Of a stretch of DNA of 64,000 bases, positions 1 to 10,846 are shown in pieces. Source of the DNA: Candidatus Nanopelagicaceae bacterium (lineage in GTDB: Bacteria > Actinomycetota > Actinomycetes > Nanopelagicales > Nanopelagicaceae); assembly GCA_947461995.1 (NCBI GenBank), contig CANHNH010000001.1:14913-78912 (forward strand), read 5' to 3'. How positions within the stretch are numbered: position 1 is the stretch's first letter; each line of letters starts with the position of its first letter. Under the pieces are notes generated by a model. That model did no database searches and had not been told where the DNA came from. It saw only the letters and a list, made by a program, of their open reading frames with translations. Both the position numbers and the translations under genes were made by a program.

Positions 1-1
1 A

Positions 2-1429
2 ACACGTAAAGCTTCACCACTGTTAATGCCCGCAGATGCTGTTTTAATAGATTCCACATTGTTGGATTTGGAAGAAACTGTTGAACGCGTTTGGGAGTTA
101 CTGCGTGAGCGTAATTTGCTCGGGCTACCTATCGTCGGAATCCTGGGTAGGCCTAACGTTGGAAAATCTACGTTAATAAATCGATTTATTGGTAGACGTG
201 AAGCAATAGTCGAAGACACCCCGGGTGTCACACGTGATCGTGTGCAATACGAGTGCGAGTGGGGTGGACGCAGATTTATCGTGATGGATACAGGTGGATG
301 GGAATCCAAGCCTGATGGAATTTCTATAGCCGTCAGTGCTGGCGCCGAAATTGCAATGGAGCAATCGGATGTTCTTTGTTTTGTTGTAGATGCTCAAATT
401 GGCGCTCTCGATGAAGATGATGTGCTGGTTCAAGAATTGCGAAAGGCAAAGAAACCTATAGTTCTAATTGCTAACAAGGTAGATAGCGAACGTGAAGAAT
501 CTGATGCGCATTCATTGTGGAATCTTGGTTTAGGTGAACCTTTTTTTGTTTCTGCTTTACACGGGCGCGGTAGCGGAGATCTTCTAGACAAAATTGTTTC
601 ACAATTGCCCGAAGTAGGCAGAGCGCAAGTACAAGATGGTTATCGTAGAGTTGCACTAATTGGTCGACCTAACGTTGGTAAATCATCTTTACTAAACGCC
701 TTAGCTGGCGAAGAAAGATCAATAGTCTCTGACATACCCGGAACAACACGTGACCCAGTTGATGAGTTAATTACATTTGGCGGATCAACATGGCGATTCA
801 TTGACACAGCTGGGTTACGTAAACGTTCAAATCAGGCCAGCGGCACGGATTACTACGCCTCACTTCGCACACAGGCAGCTCTGGAAAGATGCGAAGTTGC
901 CGTGATTGTGCTCGACGCAAGTGAAGTGATTTCAGAGCAAGATTTGCGGATTCTTACAATGGCAGAAGAAGCAGGCAAGGCAATGGTTATCGTGATGAAT
1001 AAGTGGGATTTAGTTGATGAAGACCGCAGAGATCAATTGGACAGAGAAATTGATCGACACTTAGATCAAGTTGAATGGGCTCAAAGAGTAAATGTTGCCG
1101 CTAAAACGGGCTGGCATAGAGATCGCTTAGCTCCTGCGCTTCGAACCGCAATTGATTCGTGGGAAAAACGAGTTCCGACATCAAAATTGAATGCATTCTT
1201 GGGAGCACTCATTGGGGCGACACCTCCACCTGTTCGCGGGGGAAAGCAGCCTAAAATCTTTTACGCTACTCAGGCGGGAATTGCTCCACCTAAATTTGTG
1301 GTCTTCTCTAGTGGATGGATTGAAGCGTCTTATCGAAGATTTATTGAACGGCGCTTACGTGAAGAATTCATTTTTCCTGGTACGCCAGTTCAGGTCGCAA
1401 TTCGAGTAAAGGAACGCGAAAAAATTTAA
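2..1429 (+). CDS. der: Bifunctional cytidylate kinase (C-terminal part) / ribosome biogenesis GTPase Der; 5'-partial
   Basis: Frame is open from the window edge ([19 protein letters not shown] resembles the Cmk C-terminus), then two G domains (GRPNVGKS x2, DTGG/DTAG, NKVD/NKWD) and a KH-like tail. Confidence 0.93.
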   Translation, partial: TRKASPLLMPADAVLIDSTLLDLEETVERVWELLRERNLLGLPIVGILGRPNVGKSTLINRFIGRREAIVEDTPGVTRDRVQYECEWGGRRFIVMDTGGWESKPDGISIAVSAGAEIAMEQSDVLCFVVDAQIGALDEDDVLVQELRKAKKPIVLIANKVDSEREESDAHSLWNLGLGEPFFVSALHGRGSGDLLDKIVSQLPEVGRAQVQDGYRRVALIGRPNVGKSSLLNALAGEERSIVSDIPGTTRDPVDELITFGGSTWRFIDTAGLRKRSNQASGTDYYASLRTQAALERCEVAVIVLDASEVISEQDLRILTMAEEAGKAMVIVMNKWDLVDEDRRDQLDREIDRHLDQVEWAQRVNVAAKTGWHRDRLAPALRTAIDSWEKRVPTSKLNAFLGALIGATPPPVRGGKQPKIFYATQAGIAPPKFVVFSSGWIEASYRRFIERRLREEFIFPGTPVQVAIRVKEREKI

Positions 1430-1437
1430 GGTCGCTT

Positions 1438-2004
1438 ATGAATAAAAACATAAACATTCCTAATGCACTCAGTATTTTGAGATTGCTAGGTGTTCCAGTC
1501 TTCATATATTTCGCACTCATCAGCGAAGAAGATGTCTTAGCTATTTTTACCCTGATGGTTGCTGGCGCCACAGATTATTTTGACGGAAAAATAGCTAGAG
1601 CGTGGAATCAGATTTCTACCTTAGGTGCTTTACTCGATCCTGCCGCTGATCGTATATATATTTTGGCTACGCTGATTGTTCTCTATCTACGAGATGCGAT
1701 TTCTTTGTGGGTTGTAATTGCTCTGCTCGGTAGAGACGCAATGCTTGCTCTAGTCACTCTTGTCATGAAGATTCGCAAAATTGAGCTTTTGGAAGTTACC
1801 TTTTTAGGCAAAGCAGCAACATTTAATCTTCTCTATGCATTTCCGATGTTACTTCTTGCTACACATGAAGGTTTAATCGGACAAATTGCCTTCGTTTGTG
1901 GATGGGCCTTCGCGTCCTGGGGGATCGCGCTTTATCTCGTCACGGGCCTCACCTATTTCCACAATGGTATTAAAAGTATTAGAGTTCTATCCAATAACTC
2001 CTAG
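1438..2004 (+). CDS. CDP-alcohol phosphatidyltransferase (PgsA2 / cardiolipin synthase-like)
   Basis: DxxDGxxAR...GxxxDxxxD motif (TDYFDGKIAR..GALLDPAAD); Rv1822-like position. Confidence 0.88.
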   Translation: MNKNINIPNALSILRLLGVPVFIYFALISEEDVLAIFTLMVAGATDYFDGKIARAWNQISTLGALLDPAADRIYILATLIVLYLRDAISLWVVIALLGRDAMLALVTLVMKIRKIELLEVTFLGKAATFNLLYAFPMLLLATHEGLIGQIAFVCGWAFASWGIALYLVTGLTYFHNGIKSIRVLSNNS

Positions 2005-2018
2005 AAGTGGATGAAAAA

Positions 2019-2399
2019 ATGTCTAATATTCCTGACTCGCTGAGATACACCAAAGAGCACGAATGGGTTGCACCAACTGATGCTGCGTTGGTTTATCGTG
2101 TCGGGATAACTGATTATGCACAGGCCGCTTTGGGTGACATTGTTTATGTACAGATGCCAAAAATAGGTGAAGCTTTAACTGCTGATAAAGTTTGTGGAGA
2201 GGTAGAGTCAACAAAGAGTGTTTCGGAAATCTTTTCACCAGTAACTGGCAAAGTAGTAAGCATAAATACTGAATTAAGTTCAACACCTGAAGCGATCAAT
2301 AGCGATCCTTACGGTTCTGGCTGGCTCTTTGAAATAGCAGTTGAATCAGAGCCTGAGAAGCTTCTTTCTGCCTCAGATTACGCTGGAATTACGGCTTGA
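2019..2399 (+). CDS. gcvH: Glycine cleavage system H protein
   Basis: YTKEHEW, GITDYAQ, lipoyl-lysine motif EVESTKSVS. Confidence 0.96.
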   Translation: MSNIPDSLRYTKEHEWVAPTDAALVYRVGITDYAQAALGDIVYVQMPKIGEALTADKVCGEVESTKSVSEIFSPVTGKVVSINTELSSTPEAINSDPYGSGWLFEIAVESEPEKLLSASDYAGITA

Positions 2400-2424
2400 C
2401 CCACAGGGTTACAGCCCCCTAGTG

Positions 2425-2445
2425 TCACCCTTAAGTTCAAGGTGA
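2425..2445. promoter_or_regulatory. Putative MerR-type (FtsR-like) dyad operator
   Basis: TCACCCT-TAAGTTC-AAGGTGA imperfect palindrome upstream of garA-ftsR; similar site at 4218. Confidence 0.55.
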
Positions 2446-2475
2446 GCCCGTGGAAATCGACGGAAAGGGTAATTC

Positions 2476-2952
2476 GTGGCAGCAGCAGAAAACGAACGCG
2501 AATTGACCTCAACACTTAACCTAGGACTTCGCAGTATCGAAACGCTCGGAGAAATTTCGCCCGCTCAAGTTTTTTTGCAGCGAGCAGACGCGTCAATTCG
2601 AGCCATTATCGATGAAGTGTGCGCTCCAGGTTCAGATAAAGCCATGCTCGTAATTCATCGCGGTCCTGCCCAAGGCTCTCGTTTTCTATTAGATAGTGAA
2701 GTTACTTCTATAGGACGTTCCCCCGAGAGTCATATTTTCTTTGACGATGTAACAGTCTCTCGTAAACATGCACGTATTCAACGTTCTAATAATGAGTTTG
2801 TCATTGTGGACTCACAGAGTTTGAACGGAACATACGTCAATTCAATTTCCATAAACGAACAAACACTTCATATGGGCGATCAGCTTCAAATCGGTAAGTT
2901 TCATGCATTATTTTTTGGTAATTCACATATTAAGTCTCTGGGGGAGAAGTAA
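2476..2952 (+). CDS. garA: FHA-domain protein GarA/OdhI family
   Basis: GRSPESHIFFDDVTVSRKHA...SLNGTYVN FHA signature; Rv1827 synteny. Confidence 0.85.
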   Translation: MAAAENERELTSTLNLGLRSIETLGEISPAQVFLQRADASIRAIIDEVCAPGSDKAMLVIHRGPAQGSRFLLDSEVTSIGRSPESHIFFDDVTVSRKHARIQRSNNEFVIVDSQSLNGTYVNSISINEQTLHMGDQLQIGKFHALFFGNSHIKSLGEK

Positions 2953-3671
2953 TGAGCGTTCCTGCACGCGCGTATCTGAGCATCGGTGAAGTCCTTACAA
3001 AATTGCGAGGAGATTTTGCTGATATAACTATTTCAAAAATTCGTTTCCTCGAGTCAGAGGGTTTAATTGATCCGCAGAGAACACCTTCGGGATATAGAAA
3101 ATTTACCGGTACGGATTTAGAACGATTGCGCTATGTTTTATTGGCCCAACGTGATCAGTATTTGCCATTACGTGTTATCAAAGAAAACCTTGATGCCCTA
3201 GACCGCGGTTTACAACCTGCTGCAACATCTGGAGGCACAGCAGCGCCTCGTCCATCTCTTGCGACTGTAGATGGCGAAATGGCGCCCTCCGTTTTTGCTG
3301 AGTCAAACGAAATGCGCCTTTCCCGCGAAGAGCTTCTCAAAGCAAGTGGATTAAGTGAAGGCGCTCTCGTGGAGTTAGAGTCCTTTGGTTTAATTGCCCC
3401 TCGCGGTCGCCACTACGACGGTGATGCTCTTGCTGTAGCCAAGGCCGTTACCGAGATGGGAACCTTTGGAATTGAGCCACGTCATTTGCGATCATTTAAA
3501 TCTGCAGCAGATAGAGAAATCGGTTTGATCGAGCAGGTAATCACGCCATTGAATCGTCAGAAAAATACAGAATCAAAGGCTCGTGCGCAAGAAGTTCAAA
3601 AAGAAATTGCGTCACTTTCTATTCGCCTGCACGCATCCTTGGTGCGCGGCGGATTAAATCGCCTCCGATAG
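2952..3671 (+). CDS. ftsR: MerR-family transcriptional regulator FtsR (Rv1828-like)
   Basis: LSIGEVL..ITISKIRFLESEGLI..RTPSGYR; GIEPRHLR C-terminal motif; coupled to garA. Confidence 0.85.
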   Translation: MSVPARAYLSIGEVLTKLRGDFADITISKIRFLESEGLIDPQRTPSGYRKFTGTDLERLRYVLLAQRDQYLPLRVIKENLDALDRGLQPAATSGGTAAPRPSLATVDGEMAPSVFAESNEMRLSREELLKASGLSEGALVELESFGLIAPRGRHYDGDALAVAKAVTEMGTFGIEPRHLRSFKSAADREIGLIEQVITPLNRQKNTESKARAQEVQKEIASLSIRLHASLVRGGLNRLR

Positions 3672-3684
3672 TTACTGATTCTTC

Positions 3685-4197
3685 ATGAGCATGGTTGCTA
3701 TGCAAGTAGTTGGCGTTCGAATAGAGATGCCTTCAAATCAACCGATTGTGTTGCTCAAGGAAATCGACGGAGTTCGTTTTCTACCTATCTGGGTTGGCGC
3801 AGTTGAAGCAACAGCCATTGCATTTGCTCAACAAGGAGTAATGCCTGCGCGGCCTTTAACTCATGATTTGATGCAAGATATTGTCGAATCATTGGATGCA
3901 ACGCTTACGGCTGTGCAAGTAACAGCGATAGAGGATGGGGTTTTCTTGGCTTCCTTGCTGCTCAGAGATCCAGATGGTAAAGCAATTAGTGTTTCATCTA
4001 GACCATCGGATGCAATTGCTTTGGCCCTTCGAACTCATAGCAACATCTTGGCTGATTCGGATTTGCTCGACAACGTCGGTATAGAGATCCCAGAAGATGT
4101 AGCCGATGATGCTGCAGCCGCTTCGGGACAAAGTTCGGAATTAGAGAGATTTAGAGAGTTCTTGGACCAAATCAACCCAGATGATTTTGCTGGATAG
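3685..4197 (+). CDS. Bifunctional nuclease family protein (DUF151, Rv1829-like)
   Basis: LPIWVGAVEA, RPLTHDL, SRPSDAIALA motifs. Confidence 0.9.
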   Translation: MSMVAMQVVGVRIEMPSNQPIVLLKEIDGVRFLPIWVGAVEATAIAFAQQGVMPARPLTHDLMQDIVESLDATLTAVQVTAIEDGVFLASLLLRDPDGKAISVSSRPSDAIALALRTHSNILADSDLLDNVGIEIPEDVADDAAAASGQSSELERFREFLDQINPDDFAG

Positions 4198-4217
4198 TCA
4201 GATACACCGTGAAACTC

Positions 4218-4238
4218 TCAACCTCAAGTATAGGTTTT
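4218..4238. promoter_or_regulatory. Putative MerR-type (FtsR-like) dyad operator
   Basis: TCAACCT-CAAGTAT-AGGTTTT (perfect AACCT-N7-AGGTT) upstream of the second MerR gene. Confidence 0.55.
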
Positions 4239-4314
4239 GGGAGTGTCGCTGCCGGGTTACCTGCATCTTCGGTTCTATCCTTAGACACTCCCCAAGAGAA
4301 TTGAGATTCCCCTC

Positions 4315-4821
4315 ATGATGTCTACGCCCGACTTCGAACTTATCGGCTATCGCGGTGCTACTGCTTGCTCTGCTGCTGGAATAAGTTATCGCCAACTCGA
4401 TTACTGGGCGCGCACTGGTTTGGTTGAACCGAGCATCAGACCAGCTGGGGGATCTGGATCTACGCGCCTTTATGGATTTCGTGACATTCTCGTTCTCAAA
4501 ATTGTAAAACGTTTGCTCGATGCAGGAGTTTCACTGCAAAACATTCGAACCGCCGTAAATCACCTGCGTGATCGTGGTGTTACTGAACTTGAACGAATCA
4601 CGTTGATGAGCGATGGTGCATCTATTTATGAATGCGCCAGTGCTGATGAGATTATCGATCTCTTGGCAGGAGGTCAGGGAGTCTTCGGTATCGCCGTAGG
4701 TAAGGTTTGGCACGAGGTTGAAGGATCGCTATCAACACTTTCTGGTGAAATAGATGGTCACACAGTAGGTGGCGAAAGTAACGATGAATTGTCCCTTCGT
4801 AGGAAGCGCAAAGGCGCCTAA
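4315..4821 (+). CDS. MerR-family regulator (Rv1830/McdR-like)
   Basis: [55 protein letters not shown]. Confidence 0.9.
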   Translation: MMSTPDFELIGYRGATACSAAGISYRQLDYWARTGLVEPSIRPAGGSGSTRLYGFRDILVLKIVKRLLDAGVSLQNIRTAVNHLRDRGVTELERITLMSDGASIYECASADEIIDLLAGGQGVFGIAVGKVWHEVEGSLSTLSGEIDGHTVGGESNDELSLRRKRKGA

Positions 4822-4877
4822 ACAGGCATATTCTTTCTCTAGCACTTTCTTTTCTTTCAGAGCTAGGGGTTTGTAAG

Positions 4878-7775
4878 ATGTCTCGCGAGGAGCACTTTTC
4901 TTCTTTTGAAGAGTACGCATCTTTTGAACGTAGACACATAGGCCCAACATCAGCCCAAGAAAATGAACTCTTAAAAGCTCTTGGTTATAAAGATCTGAAT
5001 TCTTTCATATCCGATGTCGTTCCAAGCAACATAGCTATGTCCAATAAGTTGCAAGATGTGCTTCCAGAACCATTAACAGAAGTAGAAGCTATTGAAAAAT
5101 TGCGCGAAATGGCAGATAAGAACGAATTATTCGACTCTTTCATTGGTTGCGGATATTACGGAACTATTACTCCACCAGTAGTTCTACGAAATGTTTTACA
5201 AAATCCCGCCTGGTACACCGCATACACGCCATATCAACCAGAAATTTCACAGGGAAGGCTCGAAGCACTCTTCGCTTTCCAAACAGCAGTGTGCGACCTA
5301 ACGGGTCTGCCAATTGCCAACGCTTCAATGCTCGATGAAGGCACGGCTGCTGCTGAAGCAATGACACTGGCTAGGCGAACATTTAAGGGAAGCGATGATG
5401 CAGTTTTCCTCATAGAAAAAAATGTTCATCCGCAAACTCGGGCGGTAATACTTACACGCGCCAAACCGTTGAACATTGTGATCGAAGAGTTCGATGCATC
5501 CATCGGTATAAAAACAAGTTCATCATTTTTTGGGGCTTTAGTTCAGTATCCAAATACCAATGGTTCGGTTCAGGATTACGCAGAGATTGCTAACACCGTC
5601 CACAAGCACGAAGCGTATTTAATAGCTGCAACAGATTTACTTGCACTTACACTGCTCAAACCACCAGGGGAGTGGGGAGCAGATGTAGCAGTTGGATCAG
5701 CGCAACGTTTTGGTGTTCCAATGGGATTTGGCGGACCGCACGCAGGGTTTATGGCAGTTAGAAATGGGTTAGAACGTTCAATGCCTGGACGACTTATTGG
5801 GCAAAGTGTTGATGTTCACGGCAATCCTGCCTTCAGATTGGCATTGCAAACTCGCGAACAACATATTCGTCGAGATAAAGCCACAAGTAATATTTGTACC
5901 GCGCAAGTTCTATTAGCTGTTATTAGCGCCTTCTACGCAATGTGGCATGGTCCAATGGGGCTGAAATTGATAGCACAACGCATACATTGTCAAACACATG
6001 CTTTTGCATTGGCTCTGAAAGCATCTGGTTTTACTCTTGTTAACGATACTTATTTTGATACTTTATCGATTAAGGTACCTAACGCTGAGATTGTTCATAA
6101 GAAAGCAGCAGAACTCAGAGTAAATCTACGACACGTTGATAATGAACACGTATCGATTTCAATCGATGAAACAACAACTTCTGAATCACTTAAGAATCTT
6201 GCAAAGGTATTCGAAATTTCTTTAGGCGAAATTGTTGATGAATTGATAATCGAACCACAATTAGTGAGAAAATCTTCTTATCTACAGCATCCAGTTTTCA
6301 ATATCAATCATTCAGAAACAGCGATGTTGCGATATATACGAATGTTATCCGATAGAGATTTAGCTCTAGATCGCACAATGATTCCACTTGGTTCATGCAC
6401 AATGAAATTAAATGCTACCACTGAGATGGAATCTGTCACATGGCCGGAATTTTCATCGTTGCATCCATTTGCACCAATTAATCAAAGTATTGGTTCACGC
6501 CAATTGATTCAAGAATTATCTGATTGGTTAATCGCTATTACAGGCTATGACGCAGTTTCACTGCAACCTAATGCGGGTAGCCAAGGTGAATTTGCAGGGT
6601 TGTTAGCAATTCGCAATTACCACGACAGTCGCGGAGATCAGGCAAGAGTCATTTGTTTAATACCGTCTAGTGCACATGGTACAAATGCTGCAAGTGCTGT
6701 GATGGCTGGCATGCAAGTAGTGGTGATCGCTTGCGATGATCATGGAAATGTAAGTTTAGAAGATTTACAAGCAAAAATTTCGGAGCACGGTTCACAGTTG
6801 GCAGCGTTGATGGTTACTTATCCATCCACTCATGGAGTTTTCGAAAGCGCGATATCTCAAATTTGCGAATTAATTCATGACGCCGGCGGTCAGGTTTATG
6901 TTGATGGCGCTAATCTGAATGCGTTGGTTGGTTTAGCGCAACCAGGTAAGTTTGGTGCTGATGTTTCACATTTGAATTTACATAAAACTTTTTGTATTCC
7001 GCACGGTGGTGGGGGACCAGGCGTTGGTCCAGTAATTTCACGCGCTCATCTATCTCCATTTTTACCAAATCATCCATTTGATTCACTAGCAGGACCTTCA
7101 ACTGGTCCAGGCCCAGTTAGTTCTGCGCCGTACGGATCGGCAAGCATCCTTCCGATTTCATGGGCTTATATTCGAATGATGGGGGGAGCAGGGTTAACTC
7201 ACGCTACTCAAGTTGCAATTTTGTCCGCTAATTACATAGCAATGAAACTCAACCCTTATTACCCAGTTTTGTACACCGGAAATAATGGACGAGTTGCACA
7301 TGAGTGCATTTTGGATCTGCGAGAAATTACGAAAGTCTCTGGTGTTACCGTTGATGATGTCGCAAAACGTCTCATTGACTATGGATTCCATGCGCCAACT
7401 ATGAGCTTTCCGGTGGCTGGAACGTTAATGGTTGAACCAACTGAGAGCGAAGATATTGCCGAAATCGAGAGATTCATCTCCGCAATGATTTCAATTCATG
7501 GAGAGATTATGGATGTGCAAAACGGAATAATTTCACATGAGGATTCGCCTTTAGCTCACGCACCTCACACAGCTGGTGATGTCATTTCGAGCCAATGGGA
7601 TAGAAAATACCCACGTGAAATAGCAGCATTTCCTGAAATGTTAGATGGATTTATACCTGGCGAAATCATTGGAATGCGCAGCAAATATTGGCCAACTTCC
7701 GGGCGTATCGATGGGGCATTTGGTGATCGCAACTTGATATGTTCTTGTCCGCCAATAACGGCCTTTGCTGAATAA
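4878..7775 (+). CDS. gcvP: Glycine dehydrogenase (decarboxylating), GCS P protein
   Basis: [27 protein letters not shown] lysine in SHLNLHKTF. Confidence 0.98.
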   Translation: MSREEHFSSFEEYASFERRHIGPTSAQENELLKALGYKDLNSFISDVVPSNIAMSNKLQDVLPEPLTEVEAIEKLREMADKNELFDSFIGCGYYGTITPPVVLRNVLQNPAWYTAYTPYQPEISQGRLEALFAFQTAVCDLTGLPIANASMLDEGTAAAEAMTLARRTFKGSDDAVFLIEKNVHPQTRAVILTRAKPLNIVIEEFDASIGIKTSSSFFGALVQYPNTNGSVQDYAEIANTVHKHEAYLIAATDLLALTLLKPPGEWGADVAVGSAQRFGVPMGFGGPHAGFMAVRNGLERSMPGRLIGQSVDVHGNPAFRLALQTREQHIRRDKATSNICTAQVLLAVISAFYAMWHGPMGLKLIAQRIHCQTHAFALALKASGFTLVNDTYFDTLSIKVPNAEIVHKKAAELRVNLRHVDNEHVSISIDETTTSESLKNLAKVFEISLGEIVDELIIEPQLVRKSSYLQHPVFNINHSETAMLRYIRMLSDRDLALDRTMIPLGSCTMKLNATTEMESVTWPEFSSLHPFAPINQSIGSRQLIQELSDWLIAITGYDAVSLQPNAGSQGEFAGLLAIRNYHDSRGDQARVICLIPSSAHGTNAASAVMAGMQVVVIACDDHGNVSLEDLQAKISEHGSQLAALMVTYPSTHGVFESAISQICELIHDAGGQVYVDGANLNALVGLAQPGKFGADVSHLNLHKTFCIPHGGGGPGVGPVISRAHLSPFLPNHPFDSLAGPSTGPGPVSSAPYGSASILPISWAYIRMMGGAGLTHATQVAILSANYIAMKLNPYYPVLYTGNNGRVAHECILDLREITKVSGVTVDDVAKRLIDYGFHAPTMSFPVAGTLMVEPTESEDIAEIERFISAMISIHGEIMDVQNGIISHEDSPLAHAPHTAGDVISSQWDRKYPREIAAFPEMLDGFIPGEIIGMRSKYWPTSGRIDGAFGDRNLICSCPPITAFAE

Positions 7776-7810
7776 CCTGCGCGGGGAGAGATTTTTAACT
7801 CTGTTTTAAG

Positions 7811-8539
7811 TCACTTAACATAATGTGCATTATCGGCGTTAAACCTAAGCATACGCTTGAATCCCCACAGGGTTACTCTTAAAAAGGCCTCCGCAACAAT
7901 GTTTTGGCTCATTTTAGAGACACCTTCACGACGTTCGATAAAGTGAATCGGCACCTCTTTAATGCTTACTTCTAGTGAATGCAAAGCTTTAATCATCTCT
8001 ATTTGAAAACAATATCCATTCGAACGTATGCGTAGCAAATTCAGCATTTCCAGTTTCTTTGCATCATATACACGAAGACCTCCGGTGAGATCTCTATACG
8101 GAAGGGCCAAGCAAATGCGTGCATACCAGGTACCGAATTTGGATAAATAAATCCTCTTGGGATCCCAATTAGATACTAAACCTGCTGGCATCCATCTTGT
8201 ACCCATCACAACATCAAAATCTTGGGAATTAACAAATAAATTCTCTAAATCACTTACTAAGTGTGAACCGTCAGCGTCCATTGTTGCAATTTTTTCATAT
8301 CCAGCAGCGATTGCTATACCCATAGCGGTGACGTAAGCAGGTCCAATACCTTTTTTCTTACCGTTATTAATCACTTTGACGTAATCCAACCCCAAATTCG
8401 TGACGACCCTAGCTGTGCCATCTGGTGAATCATCATCTATCACGAGTACATCAATCGCGCAGTTTCTCAATTGTGCAAGCAAGTCCCCAATAGATTCAGC
8501 TTCGTTATATGTTGGTATTAATACGACATTTTTATGCAT
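7811..8539 (-). CDS. ppm1: Polyprenol-monophosphomannose synthase (GT2)
   Basis: IPTYNEA, DDDSPDGT, MDADGSH, GYCFQIE; follows lnt. Confidence 0.88.
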   Translation of the reverse strand: MHKNVVLIPTYNEAESIGDLLAQLRNCAIDVLVIDDDSPDGTARVVTNLGLDYVKVINNGKKKGIGPAYVTAMGIAIAAGYEKIATMDADGSHLVSDLENLFVNSQDFDVVMGTRWMPAGLVSNWDPKRIYLSKFGTWYARICLALPYRDLTGGLRVYDAKKLEMLNLLRIRSNGYCFQIEMIKALHSLEVSIKEVPIHFIERREGVSKMSQNIVAEAFLRVTLWGFKRMLRFNADNAHYVK

Positions 8540-9953
8540 ATATTCTGCGTTTTCTTAAATAAATCACCAAAGAAATACCGATTAGAATTAGTGCCGAGTA
8601 ATTGCTGATCTTATGAGCCAACGACTCATCAGCAATCAAGGCTACATTGGAATATAGATACGCAGCAGTATTCTGTTCGGTTATCGACTTAACAACTCCG
8701 TGGTTATCGATAAATGCGGATACTCCGGTGGTTGAAACACTTACAACCCATCGGTTGTTTTCAATAGCTCGGATGCGACTAATGTTTAATTGCTGCCTAC
8801 TTTGGCCACTATCGGCAAAAGTTGCATTATTTGTCTGCACAATGATTAGATTTGAATTCTCCGTATTTGAAGAAACATTTTCATCGTTTATGAGTTCGTA
8901 GCAAATTATTGGAGCGGCAAAAACTCTTCCAATCTGGTGCACAACCGGTTGACTACCTGAAACAAAATCTGTCACGTTTGTCGCTAATGGTGAGATGAAT
9001 TCCGCAATGGTCCTCAAGGGAATATATTCACCAAAAGGCGTAAGGGTCCTCTTTATATATGTGGATTCAACTTCTCCTTTAGAATTCCACATGATTGAGG
9101 CGTTTTCAGGTCCTTTCGGCGAACGAAGGACGGCACCAACAATAATTGGTGTTGACGCATCAATAGCTATTTTTGATAATTGATCTCCTACGTTGGCATT
9201 GTCGAACGGATCAACATCAACCGCGTTCTCTGGCCAAATAATCAAATCTGGTTGTGTTTGGATTTTTGTTAATGCTTCATGCGTTTGTTTAACGTGTAAA
9301 TTGAAAACTTCCTGCGCTCTTTCGTTAAAATTTAATCCCAAAATCGGTACATTTCCTTGTATCGCTAGAACGCGAGCACTCCCCTGTTCGGCTCCTTGAA
9401 CAGGTAGAAAGAGAACCAAAGTTGCTCCCGCAAGAACCGCTGCAACTGATTGAAGCTGTGCTCTAGCGAAAAGAAGATAAAGGGCAATACCAAGGGAAAT
9501 GGCTATGAAACTTAAGGCAGAATCGCCAAGATAAGACGCGATTATTCTAAATGGTGACTCGGCTTGACTAAAAGATAAACGATTCCAACCAAATCCTTTG
9601 AAGGGAAATACAGATCGTAATTCATCGCAAATCAGGATAATTGGAAGAATCAGCCAAATACGTGAATATCGGTTGCGCTTAAAAGAAATAAAACCTAGCG
9701 GTAGGTAGAAGATTGATTGAAGCACAACCAAAAATACAACTGGGACCAAACCTACAAACTTTCCACTCCAAGATAATGTCAAAAAATTGAAAATGATTGC
9801 AAAGAGGAAGGCGCTAGCGAAAGGATGACGCGTTTTTGTTACTGCATAGAGAAAAATACCGATAGATATCGGCACGGCAAACCACAAATTAAATGGAGCA
9901 AAGGCAGCAGATAAACAAAGTCCTGAAATTGCAGATAGAAGCAGACTTACCAT
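8532..9953 (-). CDS. lnt: Apolipoprotein N-acyltransferase
   Basis: TM N-terminus; nitrilase triad WPEN / YIKRTLTPFGEY / ICYE. Confidence 0.95.
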   Translation of the reverse strand: MVSLLLSAISGLCLSAAFAPFNLWFAVPISIGIFLYAVTKTRHPFASAFLFAIIFNFLTLSWSGKFVGLVPVVFLVVLQSIFYLPLGFISFKRNRYSRIWLILPIILICDELRSVFPFKGFGWNRLSFSQAESPFRIIASYLGDSALSFIAISLGIALYLLFARAQLQSVAAVLAGATLVLFLPVQGAEQGSARVLAIQGNVPILGLNFNERAQEVFNLHVKQTHEALTKIQTQPDLIIWPENAVDVDPFDNANVGDQLSKIAIDASTPIIVGAVLRSPKGPENASIMWNSKGEVESTYIKRTLTPFGEYIPLRTIAEFISPLATNVTDFVSGSQPVVHQIGRVFAAPIICYELINDENVSSNTENSNLIIVQTNNATFADSGQSRQQLNISRIRAIENNRWVVSVSTTGVSAFIDNHGVVKSITEQNTAAYLYSNVALIADESLAHKISNYSALILIGISLVIYLRKRRIYA

Positions 9954-10846
9954 TTCAAGGCTGCAATCATCCGATCGATACTCGCGCCTAAACCATGTTC
10001 CTTTTGCAAAGAATAGATTGCCGATAGATCAGTTGGTTTCTTAGGTATTGCAAGATCAACTTCTGGAAGTCTTACATCACGTGCACATTGGACTAACGTC
10101 GGTGCGATTTTCAAATAATCCTGACCGTCAATGATCTTCTTTATTAAATTTGCCGATAGTGCATCATGAGAACTTTTTGCTGCTTCAATAACTTCGTCGA
10201 CATCTTTAAAATAATTAGCAATAAGGGCGGCGCCTTTCTCACCAATACCTTTCACTCCAGGTAAACCATCAGATGGATCACCTCGAAACATCGCAAATAA
10301 TGAATAGCGATCACCTGGAATTTCATACCTTTTTGCCACCCAGGAAATATCGACGAGGTCGTGTTGGGATATTCCCTTTGCTAAATAAACAATTTTTACA
10401 TCTTTCGCATCATCAACCAATTGGAACATGTCGCGATCACCGGTAACAATTCTTATAGGACCATTCTCCCGTTGCGCAAAAGAAGCCATGACATCATCAG
10501 CTTCATAATCATCGACTCCAACTACGGCGATACCAAAGGCATCTAAGACATCCATCAAAATTGGAATTTGGGGTGCCAATAAATCAGGTTCTTCTTCTTC
10601 GCCCTCTTCATCAACTCTATTTGCTTTGTAATCCGGAAAAAGCTCCACCCTCCATGAAGGTCTCCAATCACCTTCAATGCACGCTACTAGTCTCTTTGGA
10701 TCGTAGATGTTAATCAATCGGGCACTCATATCTAAATAACCCCGTATCGCATTCACTGGTGTTCCATTTGGAGAGACCAAAGTATCTGGCATGCCATAGA
10801 AAGCTCGATACCAAAGAGATGCTGAATCTAAAAGCATCAAACTCAT
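9947..10846 (-). CDS. 5'-3' exonuclease / flap endonuclease (stand-alone PolI N-terminal domain)
   Basis: LLDSASLWYRAF, EADDV, TGDRD, GDPSDGLPGVKGIGEK. Confidence 0.92.
   Translation of the reverse strand: MSLMLLDSASLWYRAFYGMPDTLVSPNGTPVNAIRGYLDMSARLINIYDPKRLVACIEGDWRPSWRVELFPDYKANRVDEEGEEEEPDLLAPQIPILMDVLDAFGIAVVGVDDYEADDVMASFAQRENGPIRIVTGDRDMFQLVDDAKDVKIVYLAKGISQHDLVDISWVAKRYEIPGDRYSLFAMFRGDPSDGLPGVKGIGEKGAALIANYFKDVDEVIEAAKSSHDALSANLIKKIIDGQDYLKIAPTLVQCARDVRLPEVDLAIPKKPTDLSAIYSLQKEHGLGASIDRMIAALKW

Noticed and set aside
7776-7810. Terminator between gcvP and ppm1
   Set aside because: Only a weak AGAG/CTCT stem; not enough to call
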